A stretch of DNA of 64,000 nucleotides from Verrucomicrobiota bacterium (GCA_039818205.1 JBCBUK010000002.1:352001-416000); one strand, 5' to 3'. Positions 10,843 to 21,026 are shown, counted from the stretch's first letter. Made by a program: numbers and translations. The notes: generated from the sequence alone by a model not told the origin.

Positions 10843-12525
10843 TTATTCCTTATCGGAGTTCTCGTCGACGGTGGATGGGTCTGAGTCTGCAGGGAGAGCA
10901 GCGCTGGTCTGGCGACTGCCTTTTAGAGCCATCGGGCGCCACTTCTCGGGCAGAATCTCGATCGACTCATCGTCCTTTGGGCCGTGGTAGATCTTCGTGC
11001 TCAGCGTGACCACAAAGACCATAAACAGAAGCGAGTAGATCAGGAAGAACATGATGAGTGAGAACAGCACCTGCTCGGCCTTCACGGCTCGGGAAAGACC
11101 TTCACTGGTTTTCAAAATCTCGTAGACCACCCACGGTTGGCGACCCATTTCCGCTGTAAACCACCCGGCTTGGTTGGCGATCTGCGGCATGAATACCGAT
11201 GCAATCAATATCCAGAAGAACCACTTGATCCATTTTATATCGGTGCGGAAAAGGTAGCCAGTCTTCCAGAGGGTGACTCCGATGAGAGAGATGCCGATCA
11301 GGCCCATGCCCATAAAGATCATGAGATGGTAGGTTTGGAAAACCACTGGAACAATTGGCCAATACTGCGGGCGAATGATCTTTAACTCTTCGTCGGTCAC
11401 GTGCTCCCCATATCGTTCGCGCAGGAATTCATCGCTCGGGAGTTGGTCGAGGCCCTTGACCTTGGTATTGCTCGCTTCGATTGGATTCGTGAAGTCGCCA
11501 TCAACCAAAATACTGAGCAGGCCTTTGATCTTCACCGAATATTCTTTGATGCCGATGATGTTGCCGTCTTCATCCTTGTCCCACATGACAATGCCAAAAA
11601 GCCCGAGCGGTGCCTGCGTGGTGGTTTGGGAGAGGCCCTCAATGGCGGCCAGTTTGGTTGGTTGATTCTCGGCGACACCTCGCGCGGTCGAATCCGCACT
11701 CCACAGTTGCAGGAGGGAGGCGACCGCTCCAACACCAAGCCCAAATTTCAGCGAAGTCTGAGCGAACTTCGTGTGGCGCTTTGTCAGAATATAGAACGCA
11801 CTGATACTGACTACCAGGAAGGCGCCGGTGAGCCAACAGCCAATGATCGTGTGGGTCAGGCGGTCCAGCGATGACGGGTTGAAGCACATTTCCCAAAAGC
11901 TGTCGATGACCGCGCGGATGGAGTCGAGGTCCTCTTCGCGCAGGATGTAGCCTTCGGGGAGCGGGACTTCTTTGATTTCAAAGGGTGTGTCGCCGAGGTC
12001 GGCGCTGTAGGGATGCTCCTTGCCGTCAGCGGTGACCTTAACCTTCTTGGCCAGGTGGAAACCGGTGGGAGTCTGCATCCAGGAATTCGCCACGAGAATC
12101 CAGACGGCCGAGAAGTGAGCTCCGAGACAGACCATGCAGGTGGCAAAAAAGTGCGTGCGAGGTCCGACCTTATCCCAGCCGAACAGCAGAATCGCAAGGA
12201 ATCCGGATTCAAGGAAGAAGGCGTAGATCCCCTCAATGGCCAGGGGACTCCCGAAGACATCCCCAACAAATCGCGAATAGGTCGCCCAGTTCGTCCCGAA
12301 CTCGAACTCCATGACGATGCCCGTGGCGACACCGATGGCGAAGCTGATCGCGAAAACACGCGTCCAAAAACGCGCCATATTGTGGTAGATGGGGTTGCGG
12401 GTCTTCAACCAGAAGGCCTGCATTAATACCAGCTGCAAACCCAAGCCGATACTGATCGGTGGGTAAATGTAGTGGAACGCAACCGTGAAGGCGAATTGGA
12501 TTCGCGAAAGAATTTCGACATCCAT
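10843..12525 (-). CDS. cydA: Cytochrome bd ubiquinol oxidase subunit I
   Basis: [36 protein letters not shown]. Confidence 0.96.
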   Translation of the reverse strand: MDVEILSRIQFAFTVAFHYIYPPISIGLGLQLVLMQAFWLKTRNPIYHNMARFWTRVFAISFAIGVATGIVMEFEFGTNWATYSRFVGDVFGSPLAIEGIYAFFLESGFLAILLFGWDKVGPRTHFFATCMVCLGAHFSAVWILVANSWMQTPTGFHLAKKVKVTADGKEHPYSADLGDTPFEIKEVPLPEGYILREEDLDSIRAVIDSFWEMCFNPSSLDRLTHTIIGCWLTGAFLVVSISAFYILTKRHTKFAQTSLKFGLGVGAVASLLQLWSADSTARGVAENQPTKLAAIEGLSQTTTQAPLGLFGIVMWDKDEDGNIIGIKEYSVKIKGLLSILVDGDFTNPIEASNTKVKGLDQLPSDEFLRERYGEHVTDEELKIIRPQYWPIVPVVFQTYHLMIFMGMGLIGISLIGVTLWKTGYLFRTDIKWIKWFFWILIASVFMPQIANQAGWFTAEMGRQPWVVYEILKTSEGLSRAVKAEQVLFSLIMFFLIYSLLFMVFVVTLSTKIYHGPKDDESIEILPEKWRPMALKGSRQTSAALPADSDPSTVDENSDKE

Positions 12526-12685
12526 GCAGACTCGTTATTAAAGGCCGTTTTATGCGGATGACACGCCAAAAGCGTTTTTTTTTATGACGATCGCGTGACA
12601 GCTGATTGATAATTAGCGATCGTTGTGATTGCCATTAAAGAAAACGTCGACTTTCGCCTCAACATTGCAGGAAGCTATCGGGCGT

Positions 12686-13450
12686 ATGAGTCACGAATCC
12701 GAATATCTTCAGATTGCAGAACGCGCCGCTCGAGCCGCCGGAGCCATTCTCTTTGAGGGAGCTGGCCTACGTGTGGTCAACTTTCAGGACGCTAAGGATG
12801 TCAAATTGAAGGCGGATGTGGAATCTGAGGCGCTGATTCGCGAGTTGCTCAGCCAAGAAACCGGGCTTCCCATCGTGGGTGAAGAAGAAGGCGGTGATGA
12901 GTCGCTGCCCGGGAAGGACGAACTCTATTGGGTCGTGGATCCACTTGATGGAACCTACAACTACCTGCGCAGTGTTCCTTGTTGCTGTGTTAGCATCGGG
13001 TTGATGCGAGGGTTGGAACCCGTATTGGGCGTGATCTACGATTTCAATACCGATGAAATGTTTTCTGGCTCGGCGCCGGGCTCGTTGACCTGCAACGGCG
13101 AGCCCGTTGAACCGTGGTGGCCGGAGAGTATTGAGCATGCGGTGCTGGTCACTGGTTTTCCGTCCGGACGGGATTATTCCACTGAGGCCTTGGCGGAAAC
13201 GTTTCGCGATATTCAACGCTTCCAGAAGGTTCGAATGATTGGCAGTGCGGCGATTGCACTGGCCTATGTAGCCGTTGGGCGATTCGACGCCTACCGCGAG
13301 GAGTCCATTCGCCTATGGGACATTGCTGGCGGCATGGCCTTGGCCGTGGCGGCGGGAGCCAAGTTTACCATCACCCCTTCCAATAATGGGAAGGCATTCG
13401 CCTACGACATTTGGGTCACGGGTCGACCTGAATGGCAACCGGCTCGATAA
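12686..13450 (+). CDS. Inositol monophosphatase family protein
   Basis: GEE, WVVDPLDGT, WDIAGG. Confidence 0.9.
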   Translation: MSHESEYLQIAERAARAAGAILFEGAGLRVVNFQDAKDVKLKADVESEALIRELLSQETGLPIVGEEEGGDESLPGKDELYWVVDPLDGTYNYLRSVPCCCVSIGLMRGLEPVLGVIYDFNTDEMFSGSAPGSLTCNGEPVEPWWPESIEHAVLVTGFPSGRDYSTEALAETFRDIQRFQKVRMIGSAAIALAYVAVGRFDAYREESIRLWDIAGGMALAVAAGAKFTITPSNNGKAFAYDIWVTGRPEWQPAR

Positions 13451-13543
13451 GCGATTCTGATCGGCTGTTGGGTAATTCTAATTGTTGGATTCTGAGCTAT
13501 TTTTCCTTGAATGATTGGGATGTTGTACTCATGAATGTGCGCA

Positions 13544-14224
13544 ATGTCTAAGTATTACAAAGTATTGATGATGTTGTGCGCGCTTGGTCTTGGGGGGGCG
13601 GTTTTCGGGTCTGATGACCTGGTTACCTTGCGCAACTTCGAAGGTAGGGAGATCCAATGCAGTATTGTTGGCTGTAGCAATGGAATGGTTTCACTGAAGC
13701 GCCAAGATGGTATGGCGTTCAAGTATCCCATGGAAGATTTGGACGAGGCGTCGAAGCAGGTTGTTGTGCGGTCAGTTCAACAGAACTTCGTCGCGAGTAT
13801 AGAGGTCAAGTCGATTAAGACCTCCAGTCGGGTTACCAAATCCTATTCATCTGGCAATGAATATCGCCACGGAACCAAGAACCGTGAGTTCGAGGTTAAG
13901 GTGAAGACATTTGCCCCCTTCAAAACCAAGGTCATTGCTGACTGTTTCTTCTACAAGGGCTCAAAATGGGGTCGGAAGAAAATTGAGGGGTACGTCAAAG
14001 ATGACATCATCTGGAAATTTGAAGTGGGCGATTCTACCAGTTGGCGTGAAGTTCACCTTGGCGGCGCCTACAAAACTGGTCGTGCGACGGACTACAGGAC
14101 CGGAAGCGCCAGAATCGACCTCGTGATCTATTTGCGAAAAGAAAACGGCGAGATCATCGATAGTTACACGACCAGCCGCTTCGCGGAACAGGAGATTGAG
14201 GAAAAAGTGCTGGCGAATGAATGA
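13544..14224 (+). CDS. Secreted protein with N-terminal SHD1-like domain
   Basis: Signal peptide then RNFEGREI...VSLKRQDG..FKYPMEDLDEASKQ. Confidence 0.6.
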   Translation: MSKYYKVLMMLCALGLGGAVFGSDDLVTLRNFEGREIQCSIVGCSNGMVSLKRQDGMAFKYPMEDLDEASKQVVVRSVQQNFVASIEVKSIKTSSRVTKSYSSGNEYRHGTKNREFEVKVKTFAPFKTKVIADCFFYKGSKWGRKKIEGYVKDDIIWKFEVGDSTSWREVHLGGAYKTGRATDYRTGSARIDLVIYLRKENGEIIDSYTTSRFAEQEIEEKVLANE

Positions 14225-14230
14225 CCGGCC

Positions 14231-14836
14231 TCAAGGCTGGACGGCCATTCCTTTGACGACGCCGCTGAGGGCGGTGAATTTCTCCGGCGTGAAGGCGCCG
14301 GTTTCACGGTAGACGATTTCCTTGTTCGCATTGAGGACAAACAGGTGAATGTTATCCGCCGAAGAAATGCCCGTTAGCTGCATGAACTTCTCGCGGTCGG
14401 TATAGACTGTGATCGTGCGTGAGCGGCTTGTCTCACCGGGGATTCCCGAACGCATACCGTTGTTGATCCAGAAACGTTCCATCATGCTGACTTCATAGAT
14501 GACCGGGAGCTCGTAGAAGCGGAATCGTGGAGTGTTGCGCTCTAATTCTTCGAGCGGTGGTAGCCAGGGATTGATCACTTCCTGTTGTTCCCGCTTGAAG
14601 GCGATGATGACCACGACAGGTTGTCCCATTAACTGGTTGGGGATCTGGATGATCTGCCCAAGCAGGTTGATACCCTCAACGCCTGGAAAAGCATTGCTGG
14701 ATGCACCAGTGGCTACGGGTGCTGAATTGTTTCCGGGCGAAATGCAGCCACCCGATACCAGCAGGAGTCCGAGGCTGATAGCGCAGATAGCTGAAACAAT
14801 GCTACCACGAAACGGTGTGAAAATTGGCGTAAACAT
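14231..14836 (-). CDS. Thioredoxin-like (ATP10-like) lipoprotein
   Basis: Lipobox-like SGGC; IIAFKREQQEVINPW, FYELP, INNGMRSGIP. Confidence 0.65.
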   Translation of the reverse strand: MFTPIFTPFRGSIVSAICAISLGLLLVSGGCISPGNNSAPVATGASSNAFPGVEGINLLGQIIQIPNQLMGQPVVVIIAFKREQQEVINPWLPPLEELERNTPRFRFYELPVIYEVSMMERFWINNGMRSGIPGETSRSRTITVYTDREKFMQLTGISSADNIHLFVLNANKEIVYRETGAFTPEKFTALSGVVKGMAVQP

Positions 14837-14931
14837 TAGGTAGCATTTTTAAGAATTGCATCCGGATGGCAAGTCACTGGAAAATTTTTACATCGGTTTT
14901 TCCAAAGCGAATATCGTTGGATTCGCCCGCG

Positions 14932-15444
14932 TTAGCCGTCCCAAATGTTTCGGCCAAATGCTGAGTTCACGAACGCGTAGATGGTGTAGACCGCTTCGGG
15001 ATCTGCCTTCGGCTTTTCTGAATCGAGGTAGCCATTCGTCATCAAGGTCCACATGGCTTCCGCAAATGTGAGGTTAACATCCTCGAATGACTTATTATTC
15101 AAGCCGCGGTGGTGAGCTTCAAATTCCCAGTCGTGCAACAGGTGCGCTGGACCATAGTCCCACGGCGAGAATCCCGGAATTGGCCAGATGAGGCGTGGAA
15201 TGCTGGCCCCATCGGTGGTCATTGCACCGAGGGTGACCGACTCGATGACGTTGCCAGCGGCGTCTTTGCGGTGGAAGGTTAGCGGATCGGCTGCATCGGG
15301 ATGATACATGAAATCATTCGGCCCAATCCAGCGGAGGCCAAAGCGTCCGGTGAATTCACCGAGGTTTAGCTGCTCGACGAATTCGCTGTGGCGACGGTCG
15401 ATGCGGTTTTGAATACGTTTGCGAGTGTGGCGGCTTGTTGGCAT
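14932..15444 (-). CDS. DUF1353 family protein
   Basis: TTDGASIPR..W, AHLLHDW. Confidence 0.8.
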   Translation of the reverse strand: MPTSRHTRKRIQNRIDRRHSEFVEQLNLGEFTGRFGLRWIGPNDFMYHPDAADPLTFHRKDAAGNVIESVTLGAMTTDGASIPRLIWPIPGFSPWDYGPAHLLHDWEFEAHHRGLNNKSFEDVNLTFAEAMWTLMTNGYLDSEKPKADPEAVYTIYAFVNSAFGRNIWDG

Positions 15445-15509
15445 GCTCAATTCCTAATAAAGTCTAATATCTTTGTCTAGAATTGGTTTTGGAGGCTCTT
15501 AGTTGTTAT

Positions 15510-15588
15510 TCCGCTAATAATATAGAGGACATTGGGGTGGCGTGTTACCTGTTTTCCTGCATGCAGAAGCGAGATGCCCGGATGTTGG
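15510..15588 (+). repeat. Left copy of 79-bp inverted repeat
   Basis: tccgctaataatatagaggacattggggtgg...gatgttgg. Confidence 0.95.
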
Positions 15589-15662
15589 GGCAGCAGGCTC
15601 AGGAAGAGGTACACCGTCGGACTGTTAAGTTGTTGAACGCGGGACACACGCGTGTTTCTGTC
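15561..15662 (+). pseudogene. Truncated IS630-family transposase N-terminus (HTH start)
   Basis: MQKRDARMLGQQAQEEVHRRTVKLLNAGHTRVSV resembles IS630 N-termini; no DDE domain follows; end point approximate. Confidence 0.6.
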
Positions 15663-16100
15663 CCTGAGCGTAGGAGCAAGAGACTCTTTTCGGGCGAGCC
15701 GAAAAAATCTTTACGCAATGCGTCAGAAACGAAGCACAGAAGAACAGTAAGATGCCTTCCATGAATATCCTAACTAAGAATCCAAAGTTACTTGGTAGTA
15801 CGTTCCACTTGGAACATCCGACAAAATAGGTTGACTTGCTTCCCCAATCAGCATTTCCGTGCAGACTGTTGTCAAAGCGCTTCCATGCTTATTGGAAATA
15901 AAAGATTTGCGGACAATGAGTTCAGGTAGGTTCATGAGTTTAAATGCCGTGCTAAGCCATGAGCGGTTAACTATAAACCAATCCGCAATGGCTCGATTGT
16001 GCATACACTACACGGGAAAATTTGATCGCAGATCACGGTCGAAAATTGCAAATTAGTTTATCACTAAATAAAGACTTCCAGAGGAGCCCAACCCAAATGA

Positions 16101-16949
16101 ATGAGTATGAAGCAAATAGTTAAACGTTTGATGCCGTCGTTCGCCAAGGAACTCGTTCGCGCAAAACTTGATAAAATGCGCTTTGATGCGCTACCGTCGA
16201 AGAGCTGCCAAGTAGACAATTTGCGTCATGTGCAAGACCTGTCTGTGAATTCCATATTTGATTCTCAAAGCCTGGAAGGGTTCTGGTCGGAGTCTGAGAA
16301 AGCCATTGGGCAATTTGGAATTCCTGATAGCACAGGTGGCGTCAACCCAGGCGATAGGCGAGCGGTATACTACCTAATCAGTTCACTAAAGCCGACGTCC
16401 GTGCTAGAATTTGGTACTCATATCGGCTCCTCAACCATACACATCGCGGCCGCGATGAGCCGCTACTTGCCAGAGAAGCCAGAAGCCAAAATCACCACAG
16501 TCGACATCGTTGATGTCAATTCGGATACGGATAAGCATTGGCTAAAACACGAGGCGCATCACTCACCGGTTGGCATGGTAGAAGCGTTAGGCTACGGATC
16601 CCACGTTGAGTTTATTACCGCGGACTCAGTCGATTACGCAACGAACTGTCAGAATAGCTATGATTTCATTTTTCTGGATGGTGACCATGCCCCCTCAGCC
16701 GTTTACCAGGAAATCCCGTTAGCTTGTCGCATGCTGCGACCCAACGGCGTTATTCTGCTTCACGACTACTTTCCCGGTATGAAACCCTTATGGAACGATG
16801 GTTCGGCCCTCCCCGGTCCCTATATGGCTGTCGAGAGACTTCGCAAAGAAGGACTCAAAGTCGAAGCATTGCCACTGGGCGAGCTTCCTTGGCCAACCAA
16901 AAGAGAATCAAACGTAACCAGCCTGGCATTGTTGCTTAGGAACGATTAA
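16101..16949 (+). CDS. Class I SAM-dependent methyltransferase (Methyltransf_24-like)
   Basis: VLEFGTHIGSST, YDFIFLDGDH, LRPNGVILLHD. Confidence 0.88.
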   Translation: MSMKQIVKRLMPSFAKELVRAKLDKMRFDALPSKSCQVDNLRHVQDLSVNSIFDSQSLEGFWSESEKAIGQFGIPDSTGGVNPGDRRAVYYLISSLKPTSVLEFGTHIGSSTIHIAAAMSRYLPEKPEAKITTVDIVDVNSDTDKHWLKHEAHHSPVGMVEALGYGSHVEFITADSVDYATNCQNSYDFIFLDGDHAPSAVYQEIPLACRMLRPNGVILLHDYFPGMKPLWNDGSALPGPYMAVERLRKEGLKVEALPLGELPWPTKRESNVTSLALLLRND

Positions 16950-16978
16950 TTTCCCTTGGCCTAACTACGCAAACTGAT

Positions 16979-17057
16979 CCAACATCTGGGCATCTCGCTT
17001 CTGCATGCAGGAAAATAGGTAACATGCCACCCCAATGTCCTCTATACTATTAGCGGA
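16979..17057 (-). repeat. Right copy of 79-bp inverted repeat
   Basis: Reverse complement of 15510-15588; reads MQKRDAQMLDQFA* on the minus strand. Confidence 0.95.
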
Positions 17058-17085
17058 CTGATAATGCCGATCTGAAACGGTCGGC

Positions 17086-17661
17086 TCACGCCTTCTTCTT
17101 GGTCATCGTATGAACGTCGATCGGTGCGCCGCAGGAGTCGTCGAATTCGATCGCAGCGACGACACCGGCCTTTGCAATGGCCGCCGGGTCACGTAGACGA
17201 TCGTAGACGCTATGCATCGCTCCAAGCGCATAGTCGCGCGCGGCGCCAATGGCCCAGAAACGAGCATATTCGCTAACGTTTCGATAGCTGCTGAATCCGA
17301 TAATTCCCACGGGGGAGATCATCAAGCCGTCCAGCTGGGACGACTCAACGGGTTGACTTTTGTCTTCGTGTGTTTCGAGGTAATACTCGTCCCGCAAAAT
17401 CGGATGAAGGGCGCGGAGGGTATCAAAGACGCCAATACGGCTCGGGTCGTTCATTGCGTCGGGATTTTCGCGAATCACACTTTCGGCTATGGTGCTGAGG
17501 GCGCCCCAACCAATAAGGCCCATCCAGCTTGGTCCCCACTTAAACAGCTTCTTGTGATTTACCTTGTGATGCGGAGGGACCTTGAGGCTTCCAGCGGTGT
17601 GGAGTGAATCTGCCGCAATGGCGATCCGGTTCCCTTTCTCAACTGCGACGATTACCGACAT
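17086..17661 (-). CDS. Ntn-hydrolase, proteasome beta-subunit/HslV/BPH-like protein
   Basis: M-SVIVAV..IAIAADS..KL; FWAIG..ALGAM; A.EFD. Confidence 0.75.
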   Translation of the reverse strand: MSVIVAVEKGNRIAIAADSLHTAGSLKVPPHHKVNHKKLFKWGPSWMGLIGWGALSTIAESVIRENPDAMNDPSRIGVFDTLRALHPILRDEYYLETHEDKSQPVESSQLDGLMISPVGIIGFSSYRNVSEYARFWAIGAARDYALGAMHSVYDRLRDPAAIAKAGVVAAIEFDDSCGAPIDVHTMTKKKA

Positions 17662-17774
17662 GATGATTAATTAATGGGCATTCCAGATTATGGCCATTCT
17701 TTTTAGCGCAAACCGCGACAGCTTTTTAGGCATTGAGTCTGACCTATGCTTGACCAGAGTTATCGGATAATTTG

Positions 17775-18185
17775 ATGCCAAACGAAAAGCCAGTTTCAGA
17801 GTCTGATTTCCGCCTGCGGCCGTGGCAACGAATGCGCAAGCGCCGGGAGTTTGACCGTGAGCGAGGTGTCGGTCTGCGTTATGAGTGCCCGCCGTTTCTT
17901 TGCCGCATCCTACCACCGATGGACCCGACGGCGCGTCCCTGCCGTCGGCTGGGAGTCATTGCTTCTCGACGAACGGGTGGGGCGGTGCAGCGCAATCGGG
18001 CGAAGCGGCTGTTGCGGGAAGCTTTTCGGCTAAACCAGCATGCCTTGCCAGAGCATTGCGACGTGATTCTAGTCGCCCGCAAGGAGCTGCTGGATTGGTC
18101 GCTGGAGGACTTGGAAAAGCGGTTTCAAGATGCGGCTCAACGGGCGATCAAGCGGTGGAACCGCATCAATGGAAACCGCGATTAA
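17775..18185 (+). CDS. rnpA: Ribonuclease P protein component
   Basis: [28 protein letters not shown]. Confidence 0.93.
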   Translation: MPNEKPVSESDFRLRPWQRMRKRREFDRERGVGLRYECPPFLCRILPPMDPTARPCRRLGVIASRRTGGAVQRNRAKRLLREAFRLNQHALPEHCDVILVARKELLDWSLEDLEKRFQDAAQRAIKRWNRINGNRD

Positions 18186-18436
18186 TGGCGACGGACCGAC
18201 CAAGCTGGCTAGGCTGGTGTGCGGCTCTTGTTGTCCGGGTCTACCAGTTGACCCTGTCTCCGCTAAAGCGACTATTGCTCGGTCCAGCCGCGGGTTGTCG
18301 TTTTCATCCAACGTGTTCGGAGTATACGCGGCAGTCCTTGCTTCGGCATGGTTTGTTTAAGGGCGGATGGTTAGCGCTCAAGCGGATTGTGAAATGCGGT
18401 CCTTGGCATCCGGGCGGGGATGACCCGGTGCCCTAA
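18185..18436 (+). CDS. yidD: Membrane protein insertion efficiency factor
   Basis: [39 protein letters not shown] overlap with rnpA. Confidence 0.95.
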   Translation: MATDRPSWLGWCAALVVRVYQLTLSPLKRLLLGPAAGCRFHPTCSEYTRQSLLRHGLFKGGWLALKRIVKCGPWHPGGDDPVP

Positions 18437-18496
18437 TCGTCAATGGCGGTGAATTCAGGCTTTTCTCATGGGGCGGGATTGACTGTAATGGGCATA

Positions 18497-19495
18497 ATGC
18501 GTTCGGAACTCGAAGCAGTCGTTGATGAGCTAAAGCGCTGGCGTGATGCCGGGCGTGATGCCGTTTACCTGGAGCCCGAGACTCTGGAGTCGCTTCGGGC
18601 CAAGGTCGCCGAGTTGCGAGCTGCGGCCCCAGAAGCGCCGGAGCCGGTTGCCGGGTCGGTGGACCCAGCATTTGAGGCCAAGTCGACCACGAGTGCCTAC
18701 CGCCGGAGCCCGCGTCAAGGTGCGGACGTCTTAAAGGAGTTCATGAGCCAGTCCAAGTCCGATCCGGTGCTTCCGAAAAAGAAAGCAAGCAACGCCAAAA
18801 AGGATGCGTCGCAGGGTTTGCCCACTGGTGTGAAACCGATTCCCGAGCCGGAGCCGCTTGAATTGCCCAGCGGGGGTAAACAAGAGCAATGGAATTGGCT
18901 GCGCGATCGCGTGCTGGGTGATCCAGTTTGCCAGGAACATCTTCGCCCCGGAAAGCAGGTCGTTTTTGGTGTCGGCGACATCGATGCCGATATCTTCTTT
19001 TGTGGAGAAGCTCCCGGAGAAGATGAGGAAACTCAAGGCGAGCCTTTTGTTGGTAAAGCCGGGCAACTGCTGAATAAGATTATCGGGGCGATGGGTCTGA
19101 AACGTGAGCAGGTCTACATCGGCAATATCATGAATTGGCGACCCGAACACGATAAGCCGTATGGCAATCGCGCGCCCGTGCTTGCCGAGATCAACTACTG
19201 CCTGCCTTACTTGATCGGGCAATTGGAGATCGTTAAACCAAAAGTCATCGTGGCCCTGGGCCTAACGGCAGCCAACGGTTTGCTTGGTCACGATCCAGAC
19301 CGACGGATGGGCAAAGTGCGGGGCAAATGGCTCGAGTTTTCGGGAGTCCCGCTCACCATTACTTATCATCCAAGTTATCTACTGCGCAATCAGAGCAACC
19401 AGGCAAAACGTCTGGTTTGGGAAGATGTACTTATGGCGATGGAGAAAGTCGGTTTGCCGATTTCCGAAAAACAGCGAGGCTATTTCAAGGGCTAG
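18497..19495 (+). CDS. Uracil-DNA glycosylase, family 4-like, with N-terminal extension
   Basis: GEAPG..E...G.PFVG.AGQLL; TYHPSYLLR. Confidence 0.9.
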   Translation: MRSELEAVVDELKRWRDAGRDAVYLEPETLESLRAKVAELRAAAPEAPEPVAGSVDPAFEAKSTTSAYRRSPRQGADVLKEFMSQSKSDPVLPKKKASNAKKDASQGLPTGVKPIPEPEPLELPSGGKQEQWNWLRDRVLGDPVCQEHLRPGKQVVFGVGDIDADIFFCGEAPGEDEETQGEPFVGKAGQLLNKIIGAMGLKREQVYIGNIMNWRPEHDKPYGNRAPVLAEINYCLPYLIGQLEIVKPKVIVALGLTAANGLLGHDPDRRMGKVRGKWLEFSGVPLTITYHPSYLLRNQSNQAKRLVWEDVLMAMEKVGLPISEKQRGYFKG

Positions 19496-19653
19496 TTGAG
19501 GGGGCATCGATTGAAGTCGGGTCGAAGGTGCATTTCCAGTGCCATAGAAATCGTCTTCTGTAATGCAGAGGTTTTCGATGTCCCGGCCAAGCTGAGGCGG
19601 ACGGAAGATTAAGGACTTGCTGAATCTACCCGGGGACGTTTCGCTTCCCGGTT

Positions 19654-20454
19654 ATGAAATTTGTTTTGCTTTGCCCCATCGTTGTGGTCGCCGCTCTCTT
19701 ACTCGCTGCGTGCGGTAAGAAAGAGGACGCGCCAACGGTAGAGTATATCGACGAAGACGGAACCATCACCACCGATATCAATGCGGTGGATGATGGCACG
19801 GTTGAGTTTCGGATGCGGGGCGAGGGGCAGATTCCAGAGGTTGCGCAGGCCTACCATGAGCAAGCGCGTATGGTGGCGCAGACCGGTGATTACGCTCAAG
19901 CGATCGATTTGCTGGAGAAGGCGATTTCTAATGCACCCGATTGGGCCTACCCACACTACGACATGGCCTTTACCTACCTGTTAATCAATGAGCAGGGCCG
20001 TTCGTTGGAGAAGTTTCGTGATGTTGATAATATGGAACCCGAGGGATTCTTCACGACGAAGACTGCAATCTGGAGCCTCGAGAAGGAGGTCACGGGCGAG
20101 TTCCCGGCGGGGCTTTACCTCGCCTACACGATGCTTGAGTGGGAGCCAGAGGAGAACAAGCTCATGGTGGTTAACCAGATGGTTGAGAAGTATCCGGCCT
20201 TCGCTCCGGGCTGGAAAGAGAAGGCCTTGCAGACCGAAGACTTTGTGGAGCGAATCGACTACATTGACAAGGCGCTGTCCTTGAATCCCGATCTGGAGAC
20301 TTACGGCATTTTGCAGGTTAACAAGGCAGTAACCTTGGCGCTGATGGAACGCGACAAGGAAGCCAAGGAGCTGTTGGAGGCTCTGGTCGTTGGTGACCAA
20401 TCGACGAAGTCGACACTCGCGATTGCACAGGAGGCGCTGAAGAACCTGGACTAA
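19654..20454 (+). CDS. TPR lipoprotein
   Basis: Lipobox LAAC; AIDLLEKAISNAPDWAYPHYDMA repeats. Confidence 0.8.
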   Translation: MKFVLLCPIVVVAALLLAACGKKEDAPTVEYIDEDGTITTDINAVDDGTVEFRMRGEGQIPEVAQAYHEQARMVAQTGDYAQAIDLLEKAISNAPDWAYPHYDMAFTYLLINEQGRSLEKFRDVDNMEPEGFFTTKTAIWSLEKEVTGEFPAGLYLAYTMLEWEPEENKLMVVNQMVEKYPAFAPGWKEKALQTEDFVERIDYIDKALSLNPDLETYGILQVNKAVTLALMERDKEAKELLEALVVGDQSTKSTLAIAQEALKNLD

Positions 20455-20459
20455 CCGTG

Positions 20460-21026
20460 CTAGCGCCGTCGTGCGATCAGGAGGCGCGGACTATCCTGCG
20501 TGGGATGGTCACCGTCGTTCCAAGTAACCTCGTCAAACTCGCTTTGATTTTCCTCGATCCATCTCAGAATCATGGCCTCCTCTTCGTGCCCGCCCGGGTG
20601 TCCTCGGTAGATCAGAATGGAAAGCAAACCGCCTGACTTGAGCATGCAACGGCTGGCATCCAGCGCCTTTCGCGTTGAATCAGACTGCGTGATCACGTGC
20701 TTATCCGAGCCGGGCAGGTAGCCCAGGTTAAAAACAACGGCATTAATTTCTCCGCGCTCTGATTCGGGCAACATATCGATTAAGTCCGCATGACTACCTT
20801 CGATGAGTTCGACTGATTCGAGATAACCGGCTGATTGAAGCCGGCTCCGCGTTTGAGCAAGGGCGATGGCTTGTCGGTCGATGGCGGTGACGTGCCCGCC
20901 GGGAGAGACATACTTTGCAAGCCAAAGTGTATCGTGCCCGTTTCCAGCCGTCGCATCGATGACTCGATTACCGCTCTTTAGGTGCTTGGACAAAATCGAT
21001 TGATTTACCTGAGTGAGTCGCGGCAT
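20460..21026 (-). CDS. mnmM: SAM-dependent methyltransferase, YtqB/MnmM family
   Basis: VIDATAGNGHDT, FNLGYLPGSDK, IYRGHPGG.EE. Confidence 0.8.
   Translation of the reverse strand: MPRLTQVNQSILSKHLKSGNRVIDATAGNGHDTLWLAKYVSPGGHVTAIDRQAIALAQTRSRLQSAGYLESVELIEGSHADLIDMLPESERGEINAVVFNLGYLPGSDKHVITQSDSTRKALDASRCMLKSGGLLSILIYRGHPGGHEEEAMILRWIEENQSEFDEVTWNDGDHPTQDSPRLLIARRR

Larger units (their letters stand above)
15510..17057. mobile_element. Non-autonomous cassette bounded by two inverted IS630-like left ends
   Basis: 79-bp inverted repeat 15510-15588 / 16979-17057 (4 mismatches); each copy contains an ATG-initiated MQKRDA start. Confidence 0.7.

Noticed and set aside
15774..16056. Short ORFs inside the IS-bounded cassette
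   Set aside because: No recognisable motif; possibly gene debris, but I cannot support a call
17885..18184. N-terminal extension of YidD in the ORF track
   Set aside because: Overlaps rnpA in another frame; the likely start is the ATG at 18185
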